Below, one piece after another: positions 10,323-21,003 of a DNA stretch of 64,000 nt. Positions within the stretch are counted from its first letter, which is position 1. Each line of letters begins with the position of its first letter. Origin of the DNA: Actinobacillus vicugnae (GTDB taxonomy: Bacteria; Pseudomonadota; Gammaproteobacteria; Enterobacterales; Pasteurellaceae). Made by a program: the position numbers and the translations under genes. A model generated the notes under the pieces. The model worked only from the letters and a program-made list of their open reading frames with translations. It did no database searches and was not told where the DNA came from. The stretch covers positions 48,101 to 112,100 of the forward strand of contig NZ_CABFJY010000033.1 of NCBI RefSeq assembly GCF_901687125.1. Reading direction: 5' to 3'.

Positions 10323-11345
10323 TTAGTTGACCCATTCAGTTTTGATCTGACTAAAATCTAACTCATTAACACTTTGCTGAAAACGTAAAATATGCGTTTC
10401 CGCCTGATTATTCGGGTGCCAGTGAATAAAATTTTGCTGATCCGAGCTATAAAAACCAATAATTTTCTTAGATAGCCCTGAAGCGATATGCACCGTCGAA
10501 GTATCGGGAGAAATTAAAACATCTGCATGGCGAATTAATTCAATTGTATCAAACACCGTTTTAGTATTTTCATACACAAAAACATGTTCAAATTGGCTCG
10601 CAAGCTGTTTTAGTTTTGCAGTTACTTCAGGAAAAGTGAGTAAAACAATAGGTTTCACGCTATGTTTTCTCAAATAAGTAAGCAGTTCTATAATTTTACT
10701 ATCGCTAAAACGACGTGCCGAACCTGCTCCGAATAAGTTTAGCGCGATAAAATGGTTAAGCTGATTTTCCGCTAAATAAGTGTTAATTGCGTTAGCGCTT
10801 GCTTGATTTTGTGGCACTTCATAGCTGGTATCAATATTGCTAAACCCCGCCAGTTCTAGCGCTTGTTTATAGATCTGTGCAAAATGCTGTTGCTCATTTT
10901 TAACATTTAAACTAAACAACTTATAGTGTGACTTTTCATAGCCGATATAGCATTTCGCCTTAATTGTTCGTAAAAATAATAAATCTCTATTCCGCAACGT
11001 TACGGTAGGATCAATCAATAGATCATATTGTTCACGTGCCAATTGTTGGCCGCATTGAAGATAATCCGCAATGCTTTTGGTTTTCACTAAATATAATTGA
11101 TCTATATAAGGGTTATCCTCAAATAAATAAGCATTTTTATACGAACACACTACGCCAATATGAATTTCAGGAGATTGCTTTTTGATCTCTCGAAACACAA
11201 ATGAACTGACGATATAATCGCCAATTTTTCCATCTTGACGGAGGAATAGGATTTTTTTTAGTGGAAAAGGTTTGCTGCTGGCAGGATTTTTGATCTTTTT
11301 ATCTAAAAACAGCTTACCTAACGATAATCTAATCTTTCTTAACAT
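10323..11345 (-). CDS. GT9-family glycosyltransferase (LPS/LOS heptosyltransferase-like)
   Basis: The motif …KKILFLRQDGKIGDYIVSS…IGVVCS… is the typical GT9 N-terminus. The start among M1/M3/M6 is uncertain and the last candidate is used. The gene is AT-rich. Confidence 0.65.
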   Translation of the reverse strand: MLRKIRLSLGKLFLDKKIKNPASSKPFPLKKILFLRQDGKIGDYIVSSFVFREIKKQSPEIHIGVVCSYKNAYLFEDNPYIDQLYLVKTKSIADYLQCGQQLAREQYDLLIDPTVTLRNRDLLFLRTIKAKCYIGYEKSHYKLFSLNVKNEQQHFAQIYKQALELAGFSNIDTSYEVPQNQASANAINTYLAENQLNHFIALNLFGAGSARRFSDSKIIELLTYLRKHSVKPIVLLTFPEVTAKLKQLASQFEHVFVYENTKTVFDTIELIRHADVLISPDTSTVHIASGLSKKIIGFYSSDQQNFIHWHPNNQAETHILRFQQSVNELDFSQIKTEWVN

Positions 11346-11415
11346 TGCTTTCATATTCATTTTTACATACCATTATGCGAAATTTTTAGAGGCTCACACG
11401 GAATATATTATAGAG

Positions 11416-12447
11416 ATGAAATCTTTAGTGATAAAATTTTTTGGAACAAAAAAACATAAAAAACAGTTTTATTTTGCCAATATTCAATCCATTTTACTCA
11501 AACCCATTGGTGATGCCGTTGGTGATGCCATCGTACATACTTCTCATTTAAGGCAAATTAAAGAAGCGAATCCACATATCAAACTCGGTGTTTTAGTTAC
11601 TGAGCGAAATAAGTTAATCTACCAACATGCAGGATTTATTGATGCTATTTTAGATGAGTCTGTCTCAACTTATATACAAGAACACGCCAAATGGGATTTA
11701 TATCTCGATTTTATGCCGTCTTTTACCAGCAAAAGTATTTTTTGCGATTGGTTATTAGCACCTAAATTTAGTATAAACTTCGGAAAAAAAGAGAAAAAAC
11801 ATTATAATTTAAACACTGTAAAAAATTATGATTTTTCAACTCATATTCCCAAATACACACATATCAAAAACTATTTAAATTGCTCGATTATAAAAGATAA
11901 TATTAAATCTGATGCCGAATATATCGTTCCATTCAATTCAGAACAGGTTGAAAAAGTTGAAAAATTTTGGAATAAAAATAAATCATTACGTATTTTATTA
12001 AATCCTCAGGGTAGTAAAAATGAAATACCGCCAGCAGAATTAAAACAATTAATGGATAATATTCCTCAACATTATGTTGAAAAGATTGAGTTTTTACTCA
12101 CTAATACTCATGGTGCTCAAGAATATATTAATCGCTTAGGCATAAATTTAAAATTAAGCCCTAAAACGACTATTTTAGAATATTTTGCTTTTGTAAATTC
12201 TGCCGATATTGTTATTGCTGTAGATGGTGGCGGCGTTCATGTGGCTTGTGCCTGTGCAAAACCGTTATTGGCGTTCTATGCTAATAATCCTAAACTGACA
12301 AATATGTGGGCTCCTATCACTAAAAAAGGGGGGGATTCATTACTATTAGTGGGTAAAAATTTAGCTAATAATGCCAGTGAAACCTATAACTTTGATATTC
12401 AAGCTGCTTCCGAATGGCTAAATAATCAAATAAAAAAACATTTATAA
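11416..12447 (+). CDS. GT9-family glycosyltransferase (LPS/LOS glycosyl/heptosyltransferase-like), divergent from the previous gene
   Basis: From the internal ATG at 11416 the product begins MKSLVIKFFGTKKHKK…ILLKPIGDAVGDAIVHTS…, which is GT9-like. The region upstream of 11416 overlaps the divergent gene. The gene is very AT-rich and contains an A6G7 tract at 12322..12334. Confidence 0.6.
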   Translation: MKSLVIKFFGTKKHKKQFYFANIQSILLKPIGDAVGDAIVHTSHLRQIKEANPHIKLGVLVTERNKLIYQHAGFIDAILDESVSTYIQEHAKWDLYLDFMPSFTSKSIFCDWLLAPKFSINFGKKEKKHYNLNTVKNYDFSTHIPKYTHIKNYLNCSIIKDNIKSDAEYIVPFNSEQVEKVEKFWNKNKSLRILLNPQGSKNEIPPAELKQLMDNIPQHYVEKIEFLLTNTHGAQEYINRLGINLKLSPKTTILEYFAFVNSADIVIAVDGGGVHVACACAKPLLAFYANNPKLTNMWAPITKKGGDSLLLVGKNLANNASETYNFDIQAASEWLNNQIKKHL

Positions 12448-12454
12448 CTAAAAA

Positions 12455-12474
12455 GCTCCCTTTAAATAGGGAGC
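12455..12474 (+). terminator. Hairpin GCTCCCT-ttaaat-AGGGAGC after the GT9 gene
   Basis: 7-bp stem. The T-run after it is weak. Confidence 0.4.
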
Positions 12475-12675
12475 GTTATATTATTCTTTATCTCGTAAAT
12501 ACCAATTTTTTGATCCAAAATTTTCTTTCCCGCTATCTAAACATTTCTAATATTTAACGAACAGTATCAGTATCTACTATAGTTCTAGCGCCAAAAATAA
12601 TCTTTGGAAAAAGCTAAGTAAATTTTATCAATCGTTTTTTATTTTATCTAACGTTCCTTTTATCTCTCTAAAGCC

Positions 12676-12706
12676 TATAAAACAAAACCTCGCAATTGCG
12701 AGGTTT
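12676..12706 (-). terminator. rpmE terminator (AAACCTCGC-aatt-GCGAGGTTT followed by TTTTGTTTT on the minus strand)
   Basis: Perfect 9-bp stem plus a U-tract. Confidence 0.7.
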
Positions 12707-12723
12707 CGTCAATAATTCGGAAA

Positions 12724-12936
12724 TTATTTTGTGCTTGGGATTGAGAAACGTTTGTTGAAACGTTCAACACGACCACCAGTATCAACAACACGTTGTTTAC
12801 CAGTATAGAATGGGTGGCAGTTACCGCACACATCAAGATTTAAGTTTTTACCCACTGTTGAGCGAGTTTTGATTACGTTACCGCATGAACATGTTGCAGT
12901 AATTTCTGTATATTCTGGGTGAATACCTTGTTTCAT
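12724..12936 (-). CDS. rpmE: 50S ribosomal protein L31 (zinc-ribbon form)
   Basis: [20 protein letters not shown]…[13 protein letters not shown]…. Confidence 0.95.
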
Positions 12937-13325
12937 TGGAAAACCTCTAATGAAGCCATATCGCCACTTATCTTGTTATACCCTACATTATAATGCTGGT
13001 ATATCCGCTGATAAGTACCATATGTGATAAAAAATATGCCGAGTAATTACTCGACGCCAAAAAGAGTGCGTATTCTAGGGTATTTATCTATCAAGATCAA
13101 TACTCGCTCTACATTATTCACTGAATTTTCCACAAAATATCCCCAAAGCAACAGGCAATCAAAACAAATCATTTTTAATCAAGTTTTTCTCATGTTTTGT
13201 GAAGATGATCACAGATTTTCCTGAGATTTTTTGAGTATTACTTCAAAAATAGTGTAGAATGAATTTCATTATTGAATCTATTATTTTATAGAATATTTGT
13301 CATTTTCTTGTCTAGGAGTAAACAC

Positions 13326-15332
13326 ATGGCAGAACGTAGAGTATTAGCGAATGCAATTCGTTTTTTAAGTATGGACGCAGTGCAAAAAGCCAATTCTGGT
13401 CACCCAGGAGCGCCAATGGGTATGGCAGACATTGCAGAAGTGTTATGGCGTGATTTTCTAAAACATAATCCAACCAATCCTAAATGGGCTGATCGCGACC
13501 GTTTTGTTCTGTCCAATGGCCATGGCTCTATGCTTATTTATAGCCTTTTACATTTAACTGGCTACGATCTTTCAATCGAAGATTTAAAACAATTCCGCCA
13601 ATTACATTCTAAAACGCCAGGTCACCCTGAATATGGTTATGCTCCTGGTGTAGAAACCACTACTGGTCCATTAGGTCAAGGCATTACTAATGCAGTTGGT
13701 ATGGCGATTGCTGAAAAAACATTAGCAGCACAATTTAACCGTGAAGGTCACAAAATTGTTGATCACTATACTTATGCTTTCTTAGGTGACGGTTGTTTAA
13801 TGGAAGGTATTTCGCACGAAGCTTGTTCATTAGCAGGAACCTTAGGCTTAGGCAAATTAATCGCATTCTATGACGACAACAATATCTCAATTGATGGACA
13901 TGTTGATGGCTGGTTCTCAGATGATACAGCACAACGCTTTGAAGCATACGGTTGGCAAGTAATTCGTAATGTAGATGGTCATGATGCAGAACAAATTAAA
14001 TTTGCGATTGAAAATGCAAAAGCAGAAACCGAACGCCCAACATTAATTATCTGTAAAACCATTATTGGTTATGGTTCTCCAAACAAATCTGCGTCACACG
14101 ATTGTCACGGCGCACCATTAGGTAATGATGAAATTGCATTAACTCGCCAAGCGCTTAACTGGGAATATGCACCATTTGAAATTCCAGCTGAAATTTATGC
14201 AGATTGGGATGCTAAAGCACAAGGCTCTGTAGCAGAAAAAGAATGGAATGCTAAATTTGCAGCTTATGAAGCGGCATATCCTGAATTAGCGGCAGAATTT
14301 AAACGCCGTATGGCTGGCGATTTACCAGCAAACTGGGAAACAGAAAGCAAAGCATTTATTGAAAAATTACAAGCAAATCCAGCTGCTATCGCAAGTCGTA
14401 AAGCATCACAAAATGCAATTGAAGCTTATGCACACATTTTACCTGAATTCTTAGGTGGTTCTGCAGACTTAGCAAGTTCTAACTTAACCTTATGGTCTGG
14501 CTCAAAACCAATCCGTGCTGATCACAATGTAGATGGCAACTATATCAACTACGGTGTTCGCGAATTTGGTATGTCTGCAATTATGAACGGTATTGCATTA
14601 CACGGCGGTTTCATTCCTTACGGTGCAACCTTCTTAATGTTCTACGAATACGCACATAACGCAGTACGTATGGCGGCATTAATGAAACAACGTGCATTAT
14701 TTGTTTATACACACGACTCTATCGGTTTAGGTGAAGACGGCCCAACTCACCAACCAGTAGAACAAACCGCCTCATTGCGTTTTATTCCAAATTTAGAAAC
14801 TTGGCGACCAGCAGACCAAGTTGAGTCTGCAGTAGCATGGAAAGCAGCTGTTGAGCGTAAAGATGGTCCTAGCGCATTAATCTTTACTCGTCAAAACCTA
14901 GCTCAACAAGAACGTACTGCAGAGCAATTAGCTAACGTAGCTCGTGGTGGTTATATCTTACGTGAATGTTGTGAAAAAGGTGGTTGTCCTGATTTAATCC
15001 TTATTGCAACAGGTTCTGAAGTGGATTTAGCGATGAAAGCGGCTGATGTTTTAGATGCAGAAGGTGTGAAAGTACGCGTTGTATCAATGCCAAGCACGAA
15101 TGTATTCGACAAACAAGATGCGGCATATCGTGAAAGCGTATTACCGAGCACAGTAACAAAACGTGTTGCTATCGAAGCACAATTATCCGATTTCTGGTAT
15201 AAATACGTTGGCTTTGAAGGTCGAATTGTTGGCATGAATAGCTTTGGTGAATCAGCGCCAGCTGACCAATTATTTAAACTATTCGGCTTCACTGTTGAAA
15301 ACGTAGTAGCAAAAGCAAAAGAAATTCTATAA
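13326..15332 (+). CDS. tktA: transketolase
   Basis: [41 protein letters not shown]… with the thiamine-diphosphate motif [13 protein letters not shown] lies 8 nt upstream of the ATG at 13326. The track's longer N-terminus is spurious. Confidence 0.95.
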   Translation: MAERRVLANAIRFLSMDAVQKANSGHPGAPMGMADIAEVLWRDFLKHNPTNPKWADRDRFVLSNGHGSMLIYSLLHLTGYDLSIEDLKQFRQLHSKTPGHPEYGYAPGVETTTGPLGQGITNAVGMAIAEKTLAAQFNREGHKIVDHYTYAFLGDGCLMEGISHEACSLAGTLGLGKLIAFYDDNNISIDGHVDGWFSDDTAQRFEAYGWQVIRNVDGHDAEQIKFAIENAKAETERPTLIICKTIIGYGSPNKSASHDCHGAPLGNDEIALTRQALNWEYAPFEIPAEIYADWDAKAQGSVAEKEWNAKFAAYEAAYPELAAEFKRRMAGDLPANWETESKAFIEKLQANPAAIASRKASQNAIEAYAHILPEFLGGSADLASSNLTLWSGSKPIRADHNVDGNYINYGVREFGMSAIMNGIALHGGFIPYGATFLMFYEYAHNAVRMAALMKQRALFVYTHDSIGLGEDGPTHQPVEQTASLRFIPNLETWRPADQVESAVAWKAAVERKDGPSALIFTRQNLAQQERTAEQLANVARGGYILRECCEKGGCPDLILIATGSEVDLAMKAADVLDAEGVKVRVVSMPSTNVFDKQDAAYRESVLPSTVTKRVAIEAQLSDFWYKYVGFEGRIVGMNSFGESAPADQLFKLFGFTVENVVAKAKEIL

Positions 15333-15433
15333 TTTCTCTAAACACACAAAAGGCGAGATATATTCTCGCCTTTTTCATCTTCAGCAAGCGGTCAGATTTG
15401 TAAAATCTTTTGCAAATTCACCCGCTTGTTTAG

Positions 15434-16504
15434 CTATAACTGCTCTGCTTGTTCTAAAATTTTTTGTTGCTCTAAAGCCAATTTTTCTAAACGACGTTGT
15501 TCACAACGTTGCTCGTCCTCAGCTTCCCAAACATCATAAGCCTGTACAATTTTTGCCACCACGGGGTGACGTACAATATCATGGCTATCAAAATAATTAA
15601 AACTTAAATCAGGTACTTCTTTTAAAACTTCCATTGCATGTTTTAAACCCGATTTTTGACTACGAGGTAAATCCACTTGAGTAATATCGCCCGTAATTAC
15701 TGCCTTTGAATTAAAACCAATACGAGTTAAGAACATTTTCATTTGTTCTATCGTGGTATTTTGGCTTTCATCTAAAATGATAAAAGCATCATTTAATGTG
15801 CGACCACGCATATAAGCAAGCGGTGCAATTTCAATAACATTTCGCTCCATTAACTTTTGTGCTTTTTCAAATCCTAACATTTCGAATAAAGCATCATACA
15901 AAGGTCTTAAATATGGCTCAATTTTTTGCCCGAGATCACCAGGTAAAAAACCAAGTTTTTCGCCCGCTTCAACAGCAGGGCGAGTCAGTAATATTCTGCG
16001 AATCTCTTGTCGTTCGAGTGATTCTACCGCCGCCGCTACAGCAAGAAATGTTTTCCCTGTCCCCGCAGGACCGATACCAAAACTAATATCATGACTGAGA
16101 ATATTTCTTAGGTAGGCTTGCTGATGTTCACCGCGAGGCTTAATCACACCTCGCTTAGTTTTGATTGAAATTTCTCCTTGAACCCCAGATGTCCACTGGC
16201 TTTGAAGTAACATTCGACTTTCTTGAATGGCCAAATGAATATCTTCTAAATCCAATTCTTTAATTTTTCCTTTAATCGGTGCGGTATCGGCATAAAGCTG
16301 TTTGAGCAACTTTGCTGCATTTTGAATTAACGACACCGAATAATGGTTTTCATCATTAGATTGGATGGAAAAAGAAAATCCATTACGTGCAATAATAAGA
16401 TTAAAACTTTTTTCAATTAAAGTTAAATGTTCATCAAATGCACCACACAGTGATTGCAAACGAGCGTTATCTTGAGGTTCTAAAGTTAAGAGAATTTCGT
16501 TCAA
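15434..16504 (-). CDS. phoH: PhoH-family ATPase
   Basis: Walker A GPAGTGKTFLAVA and a PhoH core. An apparent TTG start lies 8 bp after the fadR stop. Confidence 0.85.
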   Translation of the reverse strand: MNEILLTLEPQDNARLQSLCGAFDEHLTLIEKSFNLIIARNGFSFSIQSNDENHYSVSLIQNAAKLLKQLYADTAPIKGKIKELDLEDIHLAIQESRMLLQSQWTSGVQGEISIKTKRGVIKPRGEHQQAYLRNILSHDISFGIGPAGTGKTFLAVAAAVESLERQEIRRILLTRPAVEAGEKLGFLPGDLGQKIEPYLRPLYDALFEMLGFEKAQKLMERNVIEIAPLAYMRGRTLNDAFIILDESQNTTIEQMKMFLTRIGFNSKAVITGDITQVDLPRSQKSGLKHAMEVLKEVPDLSFNYFDSHDIVRHPVVAKIVQAYDVWEAEDEQRCEQRRLEKLALEQQKILEQAEQL

Positions 16505-16512
16505 AATACATC

Positions 16513-17247
16513 CTATTTATGTTCACCGAAAGTTTCTGGAATATTTTGTAAAAGCTTCCCCCAAATTTCGCTGCTAGATTGGCGATTCTGCATCATGGCT
16601 CTCGCTGCTTTCTCTGCATCCTTCTCTAAACAAGCATTTAATAATTCTTGGTAGAAAGCTAATGTCAATTGGCGACAAGCTGGATCTGCAAAGAAAATAC
16701 TCGCAACTTGGTGATACATTCCTTTGAAGCTATTTAAAATTAAGGCATATACAGGCTTATTCGCCGTAAAAGTGAATTGTCTAAATAAGGTATAGTCGAA
16801 TTTAGCAAATGCTTCTGCTGAATCTTGTAAGGAATCCAATTGTGCAAAATACTGTACACATTCTTCTGGATCTAATTTAACTGCTTCGGGGATATAAGAT
16901 TCTGCCATACGGGTACGCAGTGAAACCACGTTAGCAATAATGACGGGTAAATACGATTTATCTAATTTAATAATCGTACTAATAATATTTGGACCTGCGG
17001 TTTCCCAAACATCATTTACACGTGTTGGTTTACCATGCTGAATATGTAACCAACCATCACGAGCTAAACGCTGTAATACTTCTCGTAGCGTTGTTCGTGT
17101 TACCCCAATACGATCCGCTAGCTCTCGCTCTGCGGGTAAATCTGTTCCTGCAGGAAATTTTTTATCCCAAATACTCCTAACAATATATTCTTCTGCAAGA
17201 GCAGCTGGACTCTGAGCTTTTAAAATATAAGATCTGTCCATCATTTT
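16513..17247 (-). CDS. fadR: fatty-acid metabolism regulator FadR (GntR family)
   Basis: …ILKAQSPAALAEEYIVRSIWDKKFPAGTDLPAERELADRIGVTRTTLREVLQRLARDGWL… is close to E. coli FadR. GGAGG lies 7 nt upstream of the ATGATG at 17247. Confidence 0.85.
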   Translation of the reverse strand, partial: KMMDRSYILKAQSPAALAEEYIVRSIWDKKFPAGTDLPAERELADRIGVTRTTLREVLQRLARDGWLHIQHGKPTRVNDVWETAGPNIISTIIKLDKSYLPVIIANVVSLRTRMAESYIPEAVKLDPEECVQYFAQLDSLQDSAEAFAKFDYTLFRQFTFTANKPVYALILNSFKGMYHQVASIFFADPACRQLTLAFYQELLNACLEKDAEKAARAMMQNRQSSSEIWGKLLQNIPETFGEHK

Positions 17248-17414
17248 TATGCCTCCATAACATGGCTTGCGAAATGTGCGCAAAAATAAATATAAAAGAA
17301 ACGATTTTTATCCAAAATCAAAAACATTCCCAGAATACGGGGGAATTACTATTATCCTTTAATCTAAACTAGATTACAATTAGCTTATATTTTTTATTTA
17401 CAAGGAGATCCTTA

Positions 17415-18956
17415 ATGAATAGCCAAAACGCTATATTCAAAAGCTTTTTAGGTAAAGCGCCAGAATGGTATAAACTTGCTATTTTAGCTTTTTTAGTGAT
17501 TAACCCGCTTATTTTCTTCTTTATCAGCCCATTTGTCGCGGGTTGGGTGTTAGTTGCTGAATTTATTTTCACCTTATCAATGGCGTTGAAATGCTATCCA
17601 CTCCAACCTGGCGGTTTATTAGCAATTGAAGCAGTTGTTATTGGTATGACCAGTCCATATCACGTCAAAGAAGAAATAATGGCAAATTTTGACGTTATTT
17701 TATTACTGATGTTTATGGTGGCTGGTATTTATTTTATGAAGCAATTGTTATTATATCTTTTTACAAAATTGCTCATCTCTATTCATTCAAAAAAACTTCT
17801 CTCTCTTGCCTTTTGCTTAAATGCAGCTTTCTTATCTGCCTTTCTTGATGCGCTAACGGTAATTGCAGTTATCATTAGTGTTGGTACAGGTTTCTATGGC
17901 GTCTATCATAAAGTTGCCTCTGGTAACAATTTTGAAGATTCAACCGATATCAGCAACGATGAAAAAATCATCACCAATAAACAAATTCTTGAGCAATTTC
18001 GTGCGTTCTTACGTAGCTTATTAATGCATGCAGCAGTCGGTAGTGCCTTAGGCGGTGTAATGACTATGGTGGGCGAACCGCAAAATTTAATTATTGCAGG
18101 TCAAGCTGAATGGGGATTCGTTGAATTTTTCTTACGTGTTGCGCCAACTAGTTTACCCGTTTTATTCTGTGGTATCGTAACTTGTTTATTGCTAGAACAC
18201 TTTAAATTATTTGGCTATGGCGAACGTTTACCTCGCCGAGTATGGGGTGTGCTTGCTCGTTATAACTTATTAAAAGAACAACGCATGACCAAGCAAGACC
18301 GAGTAAAAATGACCATTCAAGCGCTTACTGGTATTTGGTTGATTGTCGGTTTAGCTCTCCATTTAGCTGATGTGGGCATTATTGGCTTAACCATTATCAT
18401 TATTTGTACTGCATTTTGTGGGATTACTGATGAACACGTTATTGGTCGTTCATTCCAAGAACCGATGCCGTTTACCGCATTAATTGTAGTGTTCTTTACT
18501 ATTGTTGCGATCATTGTTGATCTCAAATTATTTGAACCAATTATCCAATTTGTGCTTTCGGCCGATTCACACTCTCAATTAGCGCTGTTTTATATTTTTA
18601 ACGGCTTGCTTTCAATGGTTTCAGATAACGTATTCGTTGGTACCGTTTACATTAATGAAGCGAAGAGCGCATTAACCTCAGGTATTATTAGTCGTGAACA
18701 ATTTGATTTATTAGCTGTTGCAATCAACACTGGCACAAACTTACCTTCAGTTGCAACGCCAAATGGTCAAGCAGCATTCTTATTCTTGCTCACTTCACCC
18801 TTTGCACCGCTTATCCGACTTTCATACGGTAAAATGTTATATATGGCATTGCCTTATACTATTGTGCTGTCCTTGGTAGGGTTCCTTACTTTAGAGTTTT
18901 TACTACCACCACTTACAGAATTAATGACCCATTGGGCCTGGCTCATTACTCGTTAA
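17415..18956 (+). CDS. nhaB: Na+/H+ antiporter NhaB
   Basis: …[64 protein letters not shown]… is near-identical in pattern to NhaB. The fadR-nhaB-dsbB synteny is the same as in E. coli. Confidence 0.9.
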   Translation: MNSQNAIFKSFLGKAPEWYKLAILAFLVINPLIFFFISPFVAGWVLVAEFIFTLSMALKCYPLQPGGLLAIEAVVIGMTSPYHVKEEIMANFDVILLLMFMVAGIYFMKQLLLYLFTKLLISIHSKKLLSLAFCLNAAFLSAFLDALTVIAVIISVGTGFYGVYHKVASGNNFEDSTDISNDEKIITNKQILEQFRAFLRSLLMHAAVGSALGGVMTMVGEPQNLIIAGQAEWGFVEFFLRVAPTSLPVLFCGIVTCLLLEHFKLFGYGERLPRRVWGVLARYNLLKEQRMTKQDRVKMTIQALTGIWLIVGLALHLADVGIIGLTIIIICTAFCGITDEHVIGRSFQEPMPFTALIVVFFTIVAIIVDLKLFEPIIQFVLSADSHSQLALFYIFNGLLSMVSDNVFVGTVYINEAKSALTSGIISREQFDLLAVAINTGTNLPSVATPNGQAAFLFLLTSPFAPLIRLSYGKMLYMALPYTIVLSLVGFLTLEFLLPPLTELMTHWAWLITR

Positions 18957-19069
18957 TTTAATAAAAATCTCCTCCTAATTGAGGAGATTTTTTTTACGAA
19001 AGCGAGATAAAATCAGGTACAATACCTCTGCTAAACCGTAGCTAAACTATTCAAACTAAAGGAACGCTT

Positions 19070-19609
19070 ATGCTCAATTATTTCAAACAACTTTCATTAA
19101 ATCGCACGGCATGGCTTTTATTGGCTTTTATTGCTTTTGCCCTTGAAGCAACGGGTATTTATTTCCAATATGGAATGGGGCTAGTGCCTTGCGTGATGTG
19201 CGTTTACGAACGTCTAGCTATTTTAGGGCTGATTTTTGCGGGTTTAATTGGAGCGTTAGCACCTCGCTTTTTCCTCATGCGCTGGTTTGCTTTATTGATT
19301 TGGGGATTTAGCGCTTTTAAAGGCTTAGCGCTAGCAATTAAACACTACGATTATCAAGCGAATCCCTCTCCTTGGAATCAATGTGAATTTAAACCAGAAT
19401 TTCCACAAACGATGCCATTTGATCAATGGTTCCCAAGTATTTTTGCTTCAGGCCCTGTAAATTGCGGTGAAAAACAATGGGAAATGTTAGGCTTTGGTAT
19501 GCCTGAATGGTTGATTGTCGCTTTTGCAATCTTCTTTCTCGCATTCGTAATCGTATTAATTAGCCAATTCAAACGAGCTAAACCACAATACCGTAGCGTA
19601 TTCAGATAA
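19070..19609 (+). CDS. dsbB: disulfide bond formation protein B
   Basis: 179 aa with the Cys pairs CVMC and a second periplasmic loop CEFKPEF…C. Confidence 0.9.
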   Translation: MLNYFKQLSLNRTAWLLLAFIAFALEATGIYFQYGMGLVPCVMCVYERLAILGLIFAGLIGALAPRFFLMRWFALLIWGFSAFKGLALAIKHYDYQANPSPWNQCEFKPEFPQTMPFDQWFPSIFASGPVNCGEKQWEMLGFGMPEWLIVAFAIFFLAFVIVLISQFKRAKPQYRSVFR

Positions 19610-19612
19610 TTT

Positions 19613-19660
19613 ACAAGCGGTCGAATTTTTGCAAAATTTTGCTGGAATCCGACCGCTTTC
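19613..19660. terminator. Inverted USS pair with AATTTTTGCAAAATTTT spacer
   Basis: ACAAGCGGTCGAATTTTTGCAAAATTTTGCTGGAATCCGACCGCTTTC. Confidence 0.5.
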
Positions 19661-19684
19661 GCATAACTAGAACAAGGAAACACA

Positions 19685-20875
19685 ATGTCAAATTCATCTC
19701 AACTTGAAACCAAATTTGTCCATGCAGGGCGAAAACCTCGTTATACCCAAGGTTCAGTTAGTCCTGTTGTACAACGAGCGTCTTCTTTAGTATTTGAATC
19801 CGTTGCTCAAAAAAAACACGCCACTCGCAACCGTTATAAAGGTGAATTATTTTATGGACGACGAGGCACTCTCACCCACTTTGCTTTACAAGATGCAATG
19901 TGTGAATTAGAAGGTGGAGCGGGTTGCTACCTTTACCCATGTGGCGCAGCTGCCGTAACGCATTCTATTCTCGCTTTTGTTACACAAGGTGATCATGTAT
20001 TGATGACGGGCGCGGCTTATGAACCAACCCAAGATTTCTGTAATGTGATCTTAAAAAATATTGGCGTGAGTACCACATATTACGATCCACTCATTGGTGA
20101 AGGTATCCGAGCGTTAATTCAGCCGAATACTAAAGTGTTATTTTTAGAATCACCAAGCTCACTCACGATGGAAGTACCTGATATTCCAACTTTAGTGCGT
20201 GTAGCCCGTGAGCAAAATCCAGAGATTGTGATTATGATTGATAACACTTGGGCGGCTGGTGTGTTATTCCCTGCGCTTGAATTTGACATTGATATTTCAA
20301 TTCAAGCTGGCACAAAATATTTAGTCGGGCATTCCGATGTAATGATTGGCACGGCAGTTGCTAATGCACGTTGTTGGGATCAACTCCGTGAACGCTCATA
20401 CTTAATGGGGCAAATGGTGGATGCCGATTCCGCTTATACCACCGCACGAGGCTTACGCACGCTTGGTATTCGTTTAAAAGAGCATCAAGAGCGCTCAATT
20501 CAAGTGGCACAATGGTTGGCACAACGTCCTGAAGTAAAAGCAGTATTCCACCCAGCGCTCGAAAGTTGCCCTGGTCATGAATTTTTCAAAAGAGATTTCA
20601 AAGGTTCAAGCGGTCTATTTTCGTTTGAACTTTGCCAAAAATTAACCGATGAACAACTTTCAAACTTTTTAGATCATTTTGAATTATTTACCATGGCATA
20701 TTCTTGGGGAGGGTTTGAATCACTGATTCTCGCTAACCAACCAGAAGAAATTGCCCGAATTCGCCCTGCTATTAACAGAAAATTAAATGGCACATTGGTT
20801 CGAATCCATGTCGGCTTAGAAGCCGTTGAAGATTTAATCGCTGATTTAGAACAAGGTTTTGAACGCTTAAAATAA
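19685..20875 (+). CDS. metC: cystathionine beta-lyase (PLP-dependent)
   Basis: Collinear with E. coli MetC over its whole length (…[37 protein letters not shown]…[20 protein letters not shown]…). Confidence 0.9.
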   Translation: MSNSSQLETKFVHAGRKPRYTQGSVSPVVQRASSLVFESVAQKKHATRNRYKGELFYGRRGTLTHFALQDAMCELEGGAGCYLYPCGAAAVTHSILAFVTQGDHVLMTGAAYEPTQDFCNVILKNIGVSTTYYDPLIGEGIRALIQPNTKVLFLESPSSLTMEVPDIPTLVRVAREQNPEIVIMIDNTWAAGVLFPALEFDIDISIQAGTKYLVGHSDVMIGTAVANARCWDQLRERSYLMGQMVDADSAYTTARGLRTLGIRLKEHQERSIQVAQWLAQRPEVKAVFHPALESCPGHEFFKRDFKGSSGLFSFELCQKLTDEQLSNFLDHFELFTMAYSWGGFESLILANQPEEIARIRPAINRKLNGTLVRIHVGLEAVEDLIADLEQGFERLK

Positions 20876-20961
20876 AGCTTTATAAGCGGGTAACTTTGCC
20901 ATATTTTTTGTAAAAAATCAGTGAAATTTAACCGCTTGTCCCAACCGACAAAGCACAAACA

Positions 20962-20986
20962 AAAGGCTATCTTTCGATAGCCTTTT
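20962..20986. terminator. Bidirectional hairpin AAAGGCTATC-tttc-GATAGCCTTT between metC and htpG
   Basis: Perfect 10-bp stem flanked by A/T runs on both sides. Confidence 0.65.
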
Positions 20987-21003
20987 TAGTGGGTAAAAAT
21001 AGA

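Noticed and set aside
11272-11415. N-terminal 48 codons of track ORF 11272..12447
   Set aside because: They overlap the divergent GT9 gene's 5' end. The GT9 homology begins at the internal ATG at 11416.
13024-13224. 66-aa ORF in the rpmE-tktA intergenic region
   Set aside because: No SD and AT-rich promoter-like sequence. Probably spurious, although the 390-bp gap could hold an sRNA.
13272-13325. Upstream extension of tktA (MNLLFYRIF…)
   Set aside because: The conserved transketolase N-terminus starts at MAERR (13326), which has a strong AGGAG SD.
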